Shown: piece after piece, positions 37,348 to 46,791 of the stretch | How positions within the stretch are numbered: position 1 is the first letter of the stretch | Layout of the letters: every line of letters begins with the position of its first letter | Virus record (IMG/VR): IMGVR_UViG_3300014204_013734 | Location: 96,001-160,000 of that record | Origin: a virus | Lineage: Duplodnaviria > Caudoviricetes | DNA: 64,000 nt | Strand: one strand, 5' to 3' | Notes under the pieces: model-generated | Database searches by the model: none | Seen by the model: only the letters and a program-made list of their open reading frames with translations | Told to the model about the DNA's origin: nothing | Position numbers and translations under genes: made by a program

Positions 37348-38373
37348 ATGTCCATGTCAAACAGAAAAGCAGGAATTGGGGTTTCTAATTCCGATTCCGT
37401 TACCCTTCATGAGGTAGCGGCTTCCTTACGGTCCAAAGTTCCTGGTTTTGAGGAAGTTTACATTGCAGATATGGCGGCTGAAAGCGATGGGAGGATTTGG
37501 GTCAAGTTGAACTTCGTTCCGGATTTGGGTGATGTCCGTGATGTCAGACCTGGATTTAATCCGGTTCTAATTGGTAAGACCTTGTTGACCAGGGCTGAAC
37601 GTTTTTTGGAAAATACCCTTCCTGGTAGGGTTAGGATTGAAGCTAGGTTTACCCCCAGACAACACGGAACGATTCCTAAACCTTCGCATCCAGATGCTGG
37701 TGCCCGTGTGTTGTTTAATTTTTACAAATACAATCCTTACACGATTGAATTCCGTTGGACGAAACCGTCCCTTGGCACGAAAGGAGCCAAAGTCATGTCT
37801 GAGCAATACATTCGTCGGAGTCTTGAAAAACTTGCGGCCGGAAACCCTGATCTTCGCAAGTATCTTGTTCCCCTTATGAAGGAAGCAGCTTTGCCAATCA
37901 GTGCTGACAAACTGCCGAAACCAAGTCCCTGGACGATTCCCATCCCGTGGGATGAAGCCAAGGAGCAGTTGGCGGCGAACCTCAATGTGTTTGTAACCGC
38001 CGGATGTTCCGTCAGAAAGCTTCGGCCCGTGATGGATCCGTATGCCCAATTCCTTTACAAAGGGTGGGTCTTTATGGTTAGCGTTAGAAAGCAGATGCCG
38101 AAAGTTCCCGGCAACTTGTGGGTTGAAAACGACGAAGCTACCGCCGTAGCCTCAAAACTTCCGCGCCTTGTGCTTATGGCTTCCTATTTCCTGAAGAATG
38201 CGTCCGGGGGCATGGTTGATCGGAAACTGTTGGACAAGGTGAATCCAATGTTTTCGTCAAAACCGGCCCGTCTGTTGGCCTACGGAATCCTTGAATCTTT
38301 GTTGGAATTCAAGGGTCTCAGTATTTCGGGTGAGCAGACCCCCGAACTTCCTGCGGAAAAAGACAAGGGGTGA
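37348..38373 (+). CDS. Hypothetical protein with internal LVPLMK tag and possible internal start at 37795
   Basis: 341-aa ORF; AAGGAG SD before in-frame ATG 37795. Confidence 0.7.
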   Translation: MSMSNRKAGIGVSNSDSVTLHEVAASLRSKVPGFEEVYIADMAAESDGRIWVKLNFVPDLGDVRDVRPGFNPVLIGKTLLTRAERFLENTLPGRVRIEARFTPRQHGTIPKPSHPDAGARVLFNFYKYNPYTIEFRWTKPSLGTKGAKVMSEQYIRRSLEKLAAGNPDLRKYLVPLMKEAALPISADKLPKPSPWTIPIPWDEAKEQLAANLNVFVTAGCSVRKLRPVMDPYAQFLYKGWVFMVSVRKQMPKVPGNLWVENDEATAVASKLPRLVLMASYFLKNASGGMVDRKLLDKVNPMFSSKPARLLAYGILESLLEFKGLSISGEQTPELPAEKDKG

Positions 38374-38376
38374 TTC

Positions 38377-39234
38377 GTGTCAACGTCCGTTTCCAGGGTT
38401 GTCGCTAGGTGGGAAATCCGCCAAGCAGCGAGGGTCATCTGTGGGACCCGGTCTTTCCGGTCTCGTCAGGCCTCCCTTTCCGGTTTGACACCGGAAGCCC
38501 TGGAAGCGTTCGCTTCTTTCTGGATTCCCCCGAAAGGAAAAGTGGCTTTTGGGGGAATCATCAAGCGTTTGAAGCAGTTGGCGGAAGCCTTCAAGAAAGC
38601 TCCCCGTCTTTGGGAACAATTCAAGAAGGTTATAGGAGCGGAAAGTTTGGCTGATATCCCTGGGGCAATTAAGGATTTGGCGAAAAAGGGGCGGGATGTC
38701 CTCAAAGGGGTAGTCGGCAAACTGTTCGGGACGTGGCCTTTGAAAATCTACACCTTGGAGAAAAGCAAGCTTTTGAGTTTCCAGACAATTTTGGATCGGC
38801 TTTTGAAGAAGCATCCGAAATTCACCCATTGGCTTGATTCCAAAGTAAAACCAAAGGTTAATCAATTTGATATTTGGTTGCGTGAAAATATTCCTGTTGT
38901 TTCAAGGGCTTTGCTGGTAGCTGTTTACTTTTTCATCTGGTTCAATGTTATTGAGTTTGAATGGGATTTCCATTCCCTGACGGAAGCCTTGACGGGAAAT
39001 ATGAGTTTGGTAGATCTTCTTGGAAGCTTGCCAAGTTCCGCCGTCGGGGCGTTGTTAAGTTCTCTTGGGTTGGGGATGTTCTCCCTTCTTCCAGCAGCTT
39101 TTGTTGCCCGTCTTGCTTGGTTGATCGCCCATAGATACGTACATTGGACGGGCAAGGGCTTTGAATTTGATATGGAACGGTTGTCCAACGATTTGGGGAT
39201 GTCCGTTCAGGAACTTGAAGCGGAAGGCATCTGA
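38377..39234 (+). CDS. Membrane protein with N-terminal RVVARW tag
   Basis: Hydrophobic segments ALLVAVYFFIWFNVI and AVGALLSSLGLGMFSLLPAAFVARLAWLI. Confidence 0.7.
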   Translation: MSTSVSRVVARWEIRQAARVICGTRSFRSRQASLSGLTPEALEAFASFWIPPKGKVAFGGIIKRLKQLAEAFKKAPRLWEQFKKVIGAESLADIPGAIKDLAKKGRDVLKGVVGKLFGTWPLKIYTLEKSKLLSFQTILDRLLKKHPKFTHWLDSKVKPKVNQFDIWLRENIPVVSRALLVAVYFFIWFNVIEFEWDFHSLTEALTGNMSLVDLLGSLPSSAVGALLSSLGLGMFSLLPAAFVARLAWLIAHRYVHWTGKGFEFDMERLSNDLGMSVQELEAEGI

Positions 39235-39235
39235 C

Positions 39236-39889
39236 ATGTCGGATTCTACAACGAAGGTCGCTACCCGTTGGTTGCTCGCCCATTATACCAAGACCGCTGG
39301 TGAAGTCCGATTCATCAAGGACAGGGGTGGTGACGAGAAGCAGTGGGGTTGGTCTCTGCAAGGGCCTTCGCAGCGGGAAATGCCCGCTGAATTTACGTTT
39401 GACCCCAGGAATCTGAAACCTTTGGCCCGGACACTGAGATCAGCCTTGGCCGCCTTGGGGCATACGCAGAGTGCCTACAACACGTTCACGAAGATCAAGT
39501 CCGCTACCGTGTCCCCTGACGGCAATCTTGGGGGAAAGGGATACATCCAGCGGATTACAGACATTCGGCGACAGTGCATGAACTGTTCAGAAGCGTTGTC
39601 GTCGGTTTGTGACACCCTTTATGATGAAATTCACGCCGCCCACTGGAATCCTACCATTGCAGAGCAGAGTCCACGTGAACGTGAAGAGGTCGTAGACATC
39701 ATGGAAGATGTGGACGATATTCGTCAGTCCCCCGAAAGCTGGGCGGAAGGCGAGGAAGAAGAAATGGACGAAGAAGGTGCTGGTGGGGAAGGTGGTTGGG
39801 AAGGGGAAGGGGAAGAAATGAAGACGGAAAAGATGGCTATGATTCACAGGGTAGCATTCCGTCATGCTATGGAACGGAGGATTTCATGA
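39236..39889 (+). CDS. Hypothetical (probable virion) protein tagged at both termini
   Basis: N-terminal KVATRW...KTAG, acidic stretch, C-terminal RVAFRH. Confidence 0.75.
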   Translation: MSDSTTKVATRWLLAHYTKTAGEVRFIKDRGGDEKQWGWSLQGPSQREMPAEFTFDPRNLKPLARTLRSALAALGHTQSAYNTFTKIKSATVSPDGNLGGKGYIQRITDIRRQCMNCSEALSSVCDTLYDEIHAAHWNPTIAEQSPREREEVVDIMEDVDDIRQSPESWAEGEEEEMDEEGAGGEGGWEGEGEEMKTEKMAMIHRVAFRHAMERRIS

Positions 39890-42318
39890 AAAAGAACGCC
39901 GAGGACTGGACTGATTTCCTGGCGACATCGGACCTTCCAGACGGTAATGATTTGACGTTTGTGGAAACGAATGGAACAACGTTCGGCCTGGACAGTTTTG
40001 ATTTTGATACTGTAGATAACGCCGGAGCCGAAGACAGTGCCCGTCTTCCTGAAACTAAAGGATTGGCCGGACTTCCTGACGGCATCGTTACGACTGCGGA
40101 AGAGGGGCCGGATTTCGTGGGTTTGATGAAGACTGATGATGGGATTACCCTTGACGATATGTTGTCGGAAGAAGAAGGGGCGTTACCGGAAGATAAGACC
40201 GCTTCTACGGTCAATAACTTGGATTGGTTGGATCCGACGCAAGGACAGGACCTTAGTCGACTTCCAAGGCGGAAGCCCGTTATCCCGCAACTGGACAATC
40301 AGTGGGGAGGAGGGGTTCGGACGGATGGGTTGACCTTGATTCCGAACATCGACAAGGATATTGCTGATTGGCGGTCTTCCGTCAGAAGCGAACCAAAGGC
40401 GCAACTTCCACAAGATGTAAAGGATGATGCTGTTCGTTTGGCATCCCGGCTTTTGCATTATGGCCAGTCGTTTGAATCCGTGATCGTTGATTTGGCTAAA
40501 AAGACGGATGTGAAGACCGCTAGGGAAGCTGTGTCGGTCCTGGAAGAAGATGCAGGTCTGGCTGGAAAGGTGTTTGTCCGAGCTTCTTCCTTTCCTGGTT
40601 TGCGTAAGGGCCAATGGTTGCCTGAATTGAAGAAGATCGCCCGCGGTGCACGGTGGGTCATCACGGATGACCCGTTGGTTGCCAGCCGTCTTGGTATGGA
40701 AATGGTTTCCAATGTTCCTTGGTACGAAGCGGAACGCCACTACTTCCCCAAGATTGCCTCTTTGGTTGCCCGTAAGCTGGCGTCCCATCCTGGAGACCCT
40801 AAGCGGACACTCAAGGAAGCCTTTGCCGCAATGAAAGATGTTGCTGAAGTTCAGGTCACGGACGTAAAACCTGTGGAACCCAAACCTACCGTTGCATCGG
40901 CGGCGGTCGCCGGGAAGGTGTTGCGGGATTTCGTGCCTGGTCAGGTTTCCGTCAAGACACGGGAAGAACACCAGGCGGCGCGGAAAACTCACGCTGTTTT
41001 GGGTGATTTGGTCAGGTGGGTTAAAGAAGGTAAACTTTCCAGTGAAGCTGCTTTGAAAATCAAGGAATCCGGTAAATCCCCGGAAGACATGTCTGCCGCC
41101 GCGACGAAAATGATCTTGGCAGCTACCGGCAAAGAATCCACATATGGTGGTATTGGCACTACGATGAAGGCTGTTTCTGGAATTGTCCCTGATGAACCAG
41201 TTACTGTGAAGCAGGCTGCTATTGACAAAGCTACCAAAAGCAAGGTGTTGAAAGTCCTTGCGGTTATGGTGAAACGCGGAACTTTGACTAGGGCCAAGGC
41301 TGAAAGCATCGTTCGGGAAGGGAAGACGACGGCGGGGATTCGGAAGTTGGCGGCTGAGGCTATCCAATCGGAAAACACCGGGGATGTAAAACCACCAAGG
41401 AAACCAAAAGCAGTATACGAAGGCACAGTTCAGAGACAGGCCGTGTCGTCCGTTCCAGATCGTTCTGCCCAGCAGGCGGAAGTCGTGGAAAAGAATCTTC
41501 GTCGGAAAGCCGGAATTTCTGTTGGCCAAGCCGTTAAGGCTGGTTTGCTGGACAGGCAAACTGCGGAAGGGATCCTTAGAACCTGCAGAACTTCGTCAAA
41601 GATTCAGGCAGCTCTTGAACGGAATCTTGGCGGTGTCACGAAAAGCACTTACCAAGGGATCGGAAACGGTCAGGTGAATGTTTTCAGTCCCAGGAAAGCA
41701 AATCGGGAGATGACTCTGGAACAGGAAGGTGTATTGAAGGCAGCTAAGATTTCTGGGATCAAGGCCGGGGAAATTGCCAAATTCCTGAAGGATGCACGAA
41801 TCCAGATGACTGAAGGGTTGGCTGGTTCCAGGTTGGATCAGATGATCAATGCCAAGTTTTCCAAACCTCTCATTAAGGCGTCCAGGCAGCTCTTGAAGAC
41901 ACTTCGTCACGAACATGAAGGATTGTCCGGACATCTTTACGTGGATGCCGCTGCTTACGCTTCATCGTCTGGAACAACCGGGTGCGAAAAGAATGCCGCG
42001 AAGCATCGGATGAACGGTTTGAAGTTCGTTCTCGCCATGTCAAGGTGTAAAGATTGTGTGTTCGCGAATGTGGAAGGTGTCTGTCAGCAGTACAACAAGA
42101 AAATCGCTTGGGATTTTCCAAGGGAAGATTTGGAATCTTGGCGGCAACAGTCCGTGAAGATGGCGGATGCGTCCGATGCTGAAACTACAGCCGCCATGTT
42201 CAACCCATCAGAATACGGATTGCAAGACGCCATGGAATTTGATCTGGAACATCGGGTTTCATCCGAAAAGCTTGGGGATGTTTTGTTTGGCGGGTTTGAA
42301 ATCGGTGAAGGGGACTGA
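39886..42318 (+). CDS. Large hypothetical (probable virion) protein with three internal repeats and a C-terminal Cys cluster
   Basis: GGAGG SD; acidic N-terminus ending DKTAS; three VKxGxL repeats; CKDC...C. Confidence 0.8.
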   Translation: MKKNAEDWTDFLATSDLPDGNDLTFVETNGTTFGLDSFDFDTVDNAGAEDSARLPETKGLAGLPDGIVTTAEEGPDFVGLMKTDDGITLDDMLSEEEGALPEDKTASTVNNLDWLDPTQGQDLSRLPRRKPVIPQLDNQWGGGVRTDGLTLIPNIDKDIADWRSSVRSEPKAQLPQDVKDDAVRLASRLLHYGQSFESVIVDLAKKTDVKTAREAVSVLEEDAGLAGKVFVRASSFPGLRKGQWLPELKKIARGARWVITDDPLVASRLGMEMVSNVPWYEAERHYFPKIASLVARKLASHPGDPKRTLKEAFAAMKDVAEVQVTDVKPVEPKPTVASAAVAGKVLRDFVPGQVSVKTREEHQAARKTHAVLGDLVRWVKEGKLSSEAALKIKESGKSPEDMSAAATKMILAATGKESTYGGIGTTMKAVSGIVPDEPVTVKQAAIDKATKSKVLKVLAVMVKRGTLTRAKAESIVREGKTTAGIRKLAAEAIQSENTGDVKPPRKPKAVYEGTVQRQAVSSVPDRSAQQAEVVEKNLRRKAGISVGQAVKAGLLDRQTAEGILRTCRTSSKIQAALERNLGGVTKSTYQGIGNGQVNVFSPRKANREMTLEQEGVLKAAKISGIKAGEIAKFLKDARIQMTEGLAGSRLDQMINAKFSKPLIKASRQLLKTLRHEHEGLSGHLYVDAAAYASSSGTTGCEKNAAKHRMNGLKFVLAMSRCKDCVFANVEGVCQQYNKKIAWDFPREDLESWRQQSVKMADASDAETTAAMFNPSEYGLQDAMEFDLEHRVSSEKLGDVLFGGFEIGEGD

Positions 42319-42320
42319 CG

Positions 42321-42668
42321 ATGAACAAGGCAGTTATGGACAAACTAGACGAAGCTTCAGATTTGGTTGATAAGGGGCATCGGTTTTCCGAAGCAGTAAA
42401 AATACTGGACACGCTTATGCAGCGAGAAGAGGTGTATGCTTTCAAACCGTTGTATGCACTTCTGGGGAATCTGTACCATGAAATTGGGGCGTTGGCAACG
42501 CAGAAGCGTCCTAGCAAATCCTGGATTTTCCGACTTCGGGATAAATTCTATGAAGCTTCAAAACTGGTTCATAAAATGCCGGATACTTTGGAATCCAAGG
42601 TTGCCAAGATTGCGGCCGAACATCCCGAAACGCGACAATACTTGGTTCCAATCCTGAAAAGCCGGTGA
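42321..42668 (+). CDS. Small helical (TPR-like) protein with C-terminal LVPILK tag
   Basis: ASDLVDKGHRFSEAVKIL...YALLGNLYHEIG; ends IAAEHPETRQYLVPILKSR. Confidence 0.7.
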   Translation: MNKAVMDKLDEASDLVDKGHRFSEAVKILDTLMQREEVYAFKPLYALLGNLYHEIGALATQKRPSKSWIFRLRDKFYEASKLVHKMPDTLESKVAKIAAEHPETRQYLVPILKSR

Positions 42669-42684
42669 AAAAAGGAAACTGACG

Positions 42685-43176
42685 ATGAACAAGAGACGCG
42701 TCTATTCCGGGAAGCCTTTCACTGTTCTGACAGGAATTGCCCCGCTTGAAAGGACCGCTACGTTCGGGCAAATCATGGCTGGTGGAAAGTTGTCAAACGA
42801 CCTCATGGTTACCGATCCGGCCGGGATCGTTCCTGCGTCCGGGTCTTTCACCGTCAACGACAATGATTTCACCACTGGACGGGCTGAAATCATTTTGGGA
42901 AACTACAGCATCGTTAGTAATGTTGATTTTTATCCTGGGATTAACGTGGCGGCTACCGCAGCCAATATCGTCCTGGCCATCAGTGGGATATTGCCTGGAT
43001 TCAGGGCAGATCGAATCGGGGCGGTAGTTACGGTGTATTATGATGACGGGTCGGCGAATGACGTTGACTTCCGGGTCGTCCATCTTGGTGAAAAGGTGAA
43101 CTTCAATGCTTTGTCGCCATCTACCGGTCTTTTGCAGTTCGGTAGTCCAAGAACGCAGGGCATGACTATTTCCTGA
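42685..43176 (+). CDS. Probable virion structural protein
   Basis: Beta-rich ASGSFTVND...AATAANIVLAI pattern; AAGGAA SD. Confidence 0.65.
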   Translation: MNKRRVYSGKPFTVLTGIAPLERTATFGQIMAGGKLSNDLMVTDPAGIVPASGSFTVNDNDFTTGRAEIILGNYSIVSNVDFYPGINVAATAANIVLAISGILPGFRADRIGAVVTVYYDDGSANDVDFRVVHLGEKVNFNALSPSTGLLQFGSPRTQGMTIS

Positions 43177-43187
43177 AAGGATTTTCC

Positions 43188-43892
43188 ATGAGGAGATCAA
43201 AAGACCTAATAGATAAGGACAAGATTATGGCTTTGGTGCCGAAGGGGGCCACCAGAATCCAAGTTAAGGACGAATTTGGGAATAAGAGATACCGGAGTTT
43301 GTTTGAAGTTACGGATACGGATGAAATCCAAATTTCCAAAACAGGGGAACCTGTTGTTATGATGTCCAAACCCGGTCGTCCACTGGATGTGGAATTGAAA
43401 CCGGCTACCCCCGCCGTAGCTGAAATGATACGCCAGAAGGAAAAGGCTCTGGACGAAGATCCTATCATGGCACACGTCAAGCGGGATCCGGAATCCAGTG
43501 ACGTGCTCCATTTTGCCCTTCAGGCTTTGGCGGAAGAAGCTGCCAGCATCGGATTTGAACGGAAGGAAGCTGAACGACGTGGGGAATTTACGTCGGACTT
43601 GTCTATTCGTCGGGTTAACACCCTGAAGACACTTGTGGATACGTGGCTTAAGCGGAAAGAACAGGTGTCAGCTAAAGAGATTGATCTCAAGTCCCCTATG
43701 TTTCAGGCTCTTTTTGGATTTATGTTGGAAACGGTAGGGGATGCTATGAACACCTGCGGGGTTCGTAGAGAGTTGATTGAAACCGTCTTTTCCAAACTCG
43801 CCAAAGAAATGGAATCGGGTCAATGGGAAGCGGATGCCCGTATTCGTATGAGAAATCCTGGGGCCAAGACCTCAGTGAAGAAAGGAAGTTGA
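43188..43892 (+). CDS. Hypothetical protein, candidate terminase small subunit
   Basis: Helical protein two genes upstream of terL. The CDS is clear; the function is inferred from position only. Confidence 0.4.
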   Translation: MRRSKDLIDKDKIMALVPKGATRIQVKDEFGNKRYRSLFEVTDTDEIQISKTGEPVVMMSKPGRPLDVELKPATPAVAEMIRQKEKALDEDPIMAHVKRDPESSDVLHFALQALAEEAASIGFERKEAERRGEFTSDLSIRRVNTLKTLVDTWLKRKEQVSAKEIDLKSPMFQALFGFMLETVGDAMNTCGVRRELIETVFSKLAKEMESGQWEADARIRMRNPGAKTSVKKGS

Positions 43893-43893
43893 C

Positions 43894-44349
43894 ATGGCCC
43901 TTTACGAAAAAGTGGCTGCTTTGGCCAATTCCGTACCGGAACTTCGTCAACATTTGGTTCCACTTCTGAAGGAAGCAATGGAATTTCCAACGGAAGATGC
44001 TTTGAAAGATTACTTGGAAAAGCACCCGGATGCTGACCGGTCTAAACACACCGTCAAGCAAAAGAAGGACGAAGCTCGGAAACCTGATGAGGGTGTAGCT
44101 AAGAAGTTGGGGATTTCAGAGGAAGACATGGCAGCTTTGTCCAACAAGGCAAAACGCAGTTTCCCTAATTCTGTCGCGTTCAAACATTTGTTTCCAAAGG
44201 CAAAGGGGTTTAGTTTTACTGATTTGGATTATGCAAGCAATTACAGTGACGCCGATTTGAAGTCTGAGTTCGGTATCAGCAGGGATGATCTTAATAAATA
44301 CCGAGAACTTACACGGCATTTGATGAAGGCAAAGAAACGGAAGTCCTAA
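43894..44349 (+). CDS. Hypothetical protein with N-terminal LVPLLK tag
   Basis: MALYEKVAALANSVPELRQHLVPLLKEA. Confidence 0.75.
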   Translation: MALYEKVAALANSVPELRQHLVPLLKEAMEFPTEDALKDYLEKHPDADRSKHTVKQKKDEARKPDEGVAKKLGISEEDMAALSNKAKRSFPNSVAFKHLFPKAKGFSFTDLDYASNYSDADLKSEFGISRDDLNKYRELTRHLMKAKKRKS

Positions 44350-44352
44350 TCT

Positions 44353-46233
44353 ATGGGCAGCAACCTAGCTAACATCGCTCTCGGGGTGGCTCGGGCCTCC
44401 CGAAACAGGTCGGTGTTGCAGGACACCCCGGCCGATATCATTCAGTTCATTGAATCCCCTTGGGGCATCCACATGCCCTTATTTCCAGTCCAGCGTGTTA
44501 TTCTGAAAGCATATTATGGGTTGGAACTGGACGACAAGGACACGTTTGAAGTTTACTCCGATTGGCATTTGAACAAGATTCGGAATTTCACCGAAGCTGG
44601 GTACTTGCGTTACCTCCATGATGAAGGTCGATGCAACGTCCGGGAAATAGTTCCAGGAAAACCCAAGACGGAACTGGTGTTGAGCATAGGCAGGCGTGGC
44701 GGGAAAACCCTTTTGTCCTCATGTATATCATCTTATGAGTCATATAGATTGATTATGAAGGGAGATCCGAAAAGCTATTACGGGATTTCCCCGTCAACGA
44801 CCATTCAGATTATTGCCATTGCTACGGATAAAGATCAGGCGGGATTGTTATACACGGAAGTTTCCGGACATTTCCGTGGTTGTGACTTTTTCGGTCCCTA
44901 TACGGCTAACAACACCTTGTCCTACGCTAGATTCCAAACTCCGAGTGACATTGAAAAATATGGGCGGTATGCTGATAATCCATCAGCTATGGCGTCGGTG
45001 AAAGTGACGTTCCGGTCGTGTATCGCCAAGGGACTTCGTGGACCTGGTAATATCGTCGTCATCATGGACGAAGCGGCCCATTTTACGGATGGGGGTCAAT
45101 CTTCCGCTGAAGCCGTGTACACTGCCGTCACGCCGTCTACATCAACGTTTGCCCCCAAGGATCCGAACGACAAGCGCAAACCAATTGGGGATGTTGAAGG
45201 CAAGATTATTTCCATCAGTTCCCCATTGGGGAAGCAAGGTCATTTTTACAAACTGTTTCAGACAGGTATGAAGGGTGGAAAGGCGGGGGCCAGCATGCTT
45301 TGTATCCAGGCGCCTACCTGGGAAGCTAACCCGACTCTTCCTGCGTCTGAATACGAAAAGCATTATCACAAGGATCCGACGATATTCTTTACGGAATATG
45401 GCGGAGAATTTACAGACAGAACCCGAGGCTGGTTGGAACGGCCGGAAGATTTGATCGCCTGTGTTGACAAGACGCGTCGGCCAATGACCAATGGGATTCC
45501 TCGTCAGCCCCATTTCATTGGAATTGACCTTGGGCTCGTCAATGATGCCACGGCAGTTGCCATTGGGCATCATGATCTGATTGGGGGTCAGAAGAAAATC
45601 GTTCTTGATTTGGTAGATCAGATTAAGGCGGGGGAAGGGAAATTTTCAGATGTGACCCGGCTGGAATTTGATGATGTTGCCGACTGGATTCTCCAACTGT
45701 CGAAACGGTTTTACTTGGCGGAAGGAATGTTTGACCAATGGACCGGGATCCCGTTTGAACAAGCTTTGGAAAAACGGGGCTTGCGCCAACTGAAATCCGT
45801 GGTCATGACTAAGGCCTTGAACAGCGAAATATATCGAAATTTCAAGGATGTGATGTGGGACAAGTGGTTGGTTCTTTACGATTGGCCTATCCCTGCGGAT
45901 ACTTCGCAGGGGGCGCATTGTGCCTATCTTGAAGAATTGTTTGAACTTCAGGCGGAATATCAATCTAAGTACGTGACCGTTGTTCACGCTCCACAAATAG
46001 AAGGCAAGCATGACGATAGGTCAGATGCCTTGGTGCGTATGATTTGGATGGCCAGCAACGCCCTTGGAAACATGAAACATATGACAGGGACTAGGGGCGG
46101 ATTTGCAACTCTAGGATCGTATCAGGCGTTTGAATCTATGTGGAGGAAATCCAGAATCAAAGCATTGCGGGGCGGTTCAAGTCCTGAACGCCAAATTCCC
46201 AGACAAGGCAGACAATCCCTGCGTACGAGGTAA
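44353..46233 (+). CDS. terL: Terminase large subunit
   Basis: LFPVQ; Walker A GRRGGKT; Walker B VIMDEAAH; ISISSP; nuclease IGIDLG...FDQW...HDDRSDA. Confidence 0.93.
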   Translation: MGSNLANIALGVARASRNRSVLQDTPADIIQFIESPWGIHMPLFPVQRVILKAYYGLELDDKDTFEVYSDWHLNKIRNFTEAGYLRYLHDEGRCNVREIVPGKPKTELVLSIGRRGGKTLLSSCISSYESYRLIMKGDPKSYYGISPSTTIQIIAIATDKDQAGLLYTEVSGHFRGCDFFGPYTANNTLSYARFQTPSDIEKYGRYADNPSAMASVKVTFRSCIAKGLRGPGNIVVIMDEAAHFTDGGQSSAEAVYTAVTPSTSTFAPKDPNDKRKPIGDVEGKIISISSPLGKQGHFYKLFQTGMKGGKAGASMLCIQAPTWEANPTLPASEYEKHYHKDPTIFFTEYGGEFTDRTRGWLERPEDLIACVDKTRRPMTNGIPRQPHFIGIDLGLVNDATAVAIGHHDLIGGQKKIVLDLVDQIKAGEGKFSDVTRLEFDDVADWILQLSKRFYLAEGMFDQWTGIPFEQALEKRGLRQLKSVVMTKALNSEIYRNFKDVMWDKWLVLYDWPIPADTSQGAHCAYLEELFELQAEYQSKYVTVVHAPQIEGKHDDRSDALVRMIWMASNALGNMKHMTGTRGGFATLGSYQAFESMWRKSRIKALRGGSSPERQIPRQGRQSLRTR

Positions 46234-46238
46234 AGGCT

Positions 46239-46496
46239 ATGGCTTCTGACCCCAAATCGCCCGTTAGGGCTGATCATAGGTTCTTGAAACAGCTCGCTTC
46301 ATCCGTTTTAGGTGGTAAGGTAGATGTCAGGCCGGATGAATGTGATCAGGCCGCTAGGATTTTCCATATTCTTGGGGGATCCTGGGTGAAGGTGTTCATG
46401 GGATCTTCGTGGGATATCGGTCTTTTGAAAGACATCCTGAAACAATTGCACAAGGCAGGGAAGCTTACCTTGACGGTTGATTGGCAGGTGCATTGA
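46239..46496 (+). CDS. Hypothetical protein
   Basis: Short ORF between terL and portal, coupled to next gene. Confidence 0.65.
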   Translation: MASDPKSPVRADHRFLKQLASSVLGGKVDVRPDECDQAARIFHILGGSWVKVFMGSSWDIGLLKDILKQLHKAGKLTLTVDWQVH

Positions 46497-46780
46497 TGGG
46501 TCGGTTAAGGGCCAGATTGGCGGGGAACGAAATTGACAGGGAATTGAAATCCTGTCTGGCTGAAGCGGAACGACATTTGGAACGGGCTCTTGCCGTGTGT
46601 CGCAGGGTAGCCAAGACGGAGCACTTGTCATCCCGTAAAGCCTTGAATGCTGCTAAGGTTGTTGGGTCATCCCTGTCTGCAATACGGTCTATCGGGAGTC
46701 TGGTTCCTTCCATTGACGTGTCTGATCCCGATTTAACAAAACCTACCGAAGAATCTGAACGGGGATCCTTCAGGAGTTAG
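46496..46780 (+). CDS. Hypothetical protein
   Basis: Short coupled ORF before portal. Confidence 0.6.
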   Translation: MGRLRARLAGNEIDRELKSCLAEAERHLERALAVCRRVAKTEHLSSRKALNAAKVVGSSLSAIRSIGSLVPSIDVSDPDLTKPTEESERGSFRS

Positions 46781-46791
46781 AAGGTCTAATA

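Noticed and set aside
40183-41559. 458-aa minus-strand ORF, and similar ones at 10602-11462, 21311-22204, 51172-52143 and 59533-60522
   Set aside because: Antisense shadows of well-supported + strand genes, with no recognisable motifs
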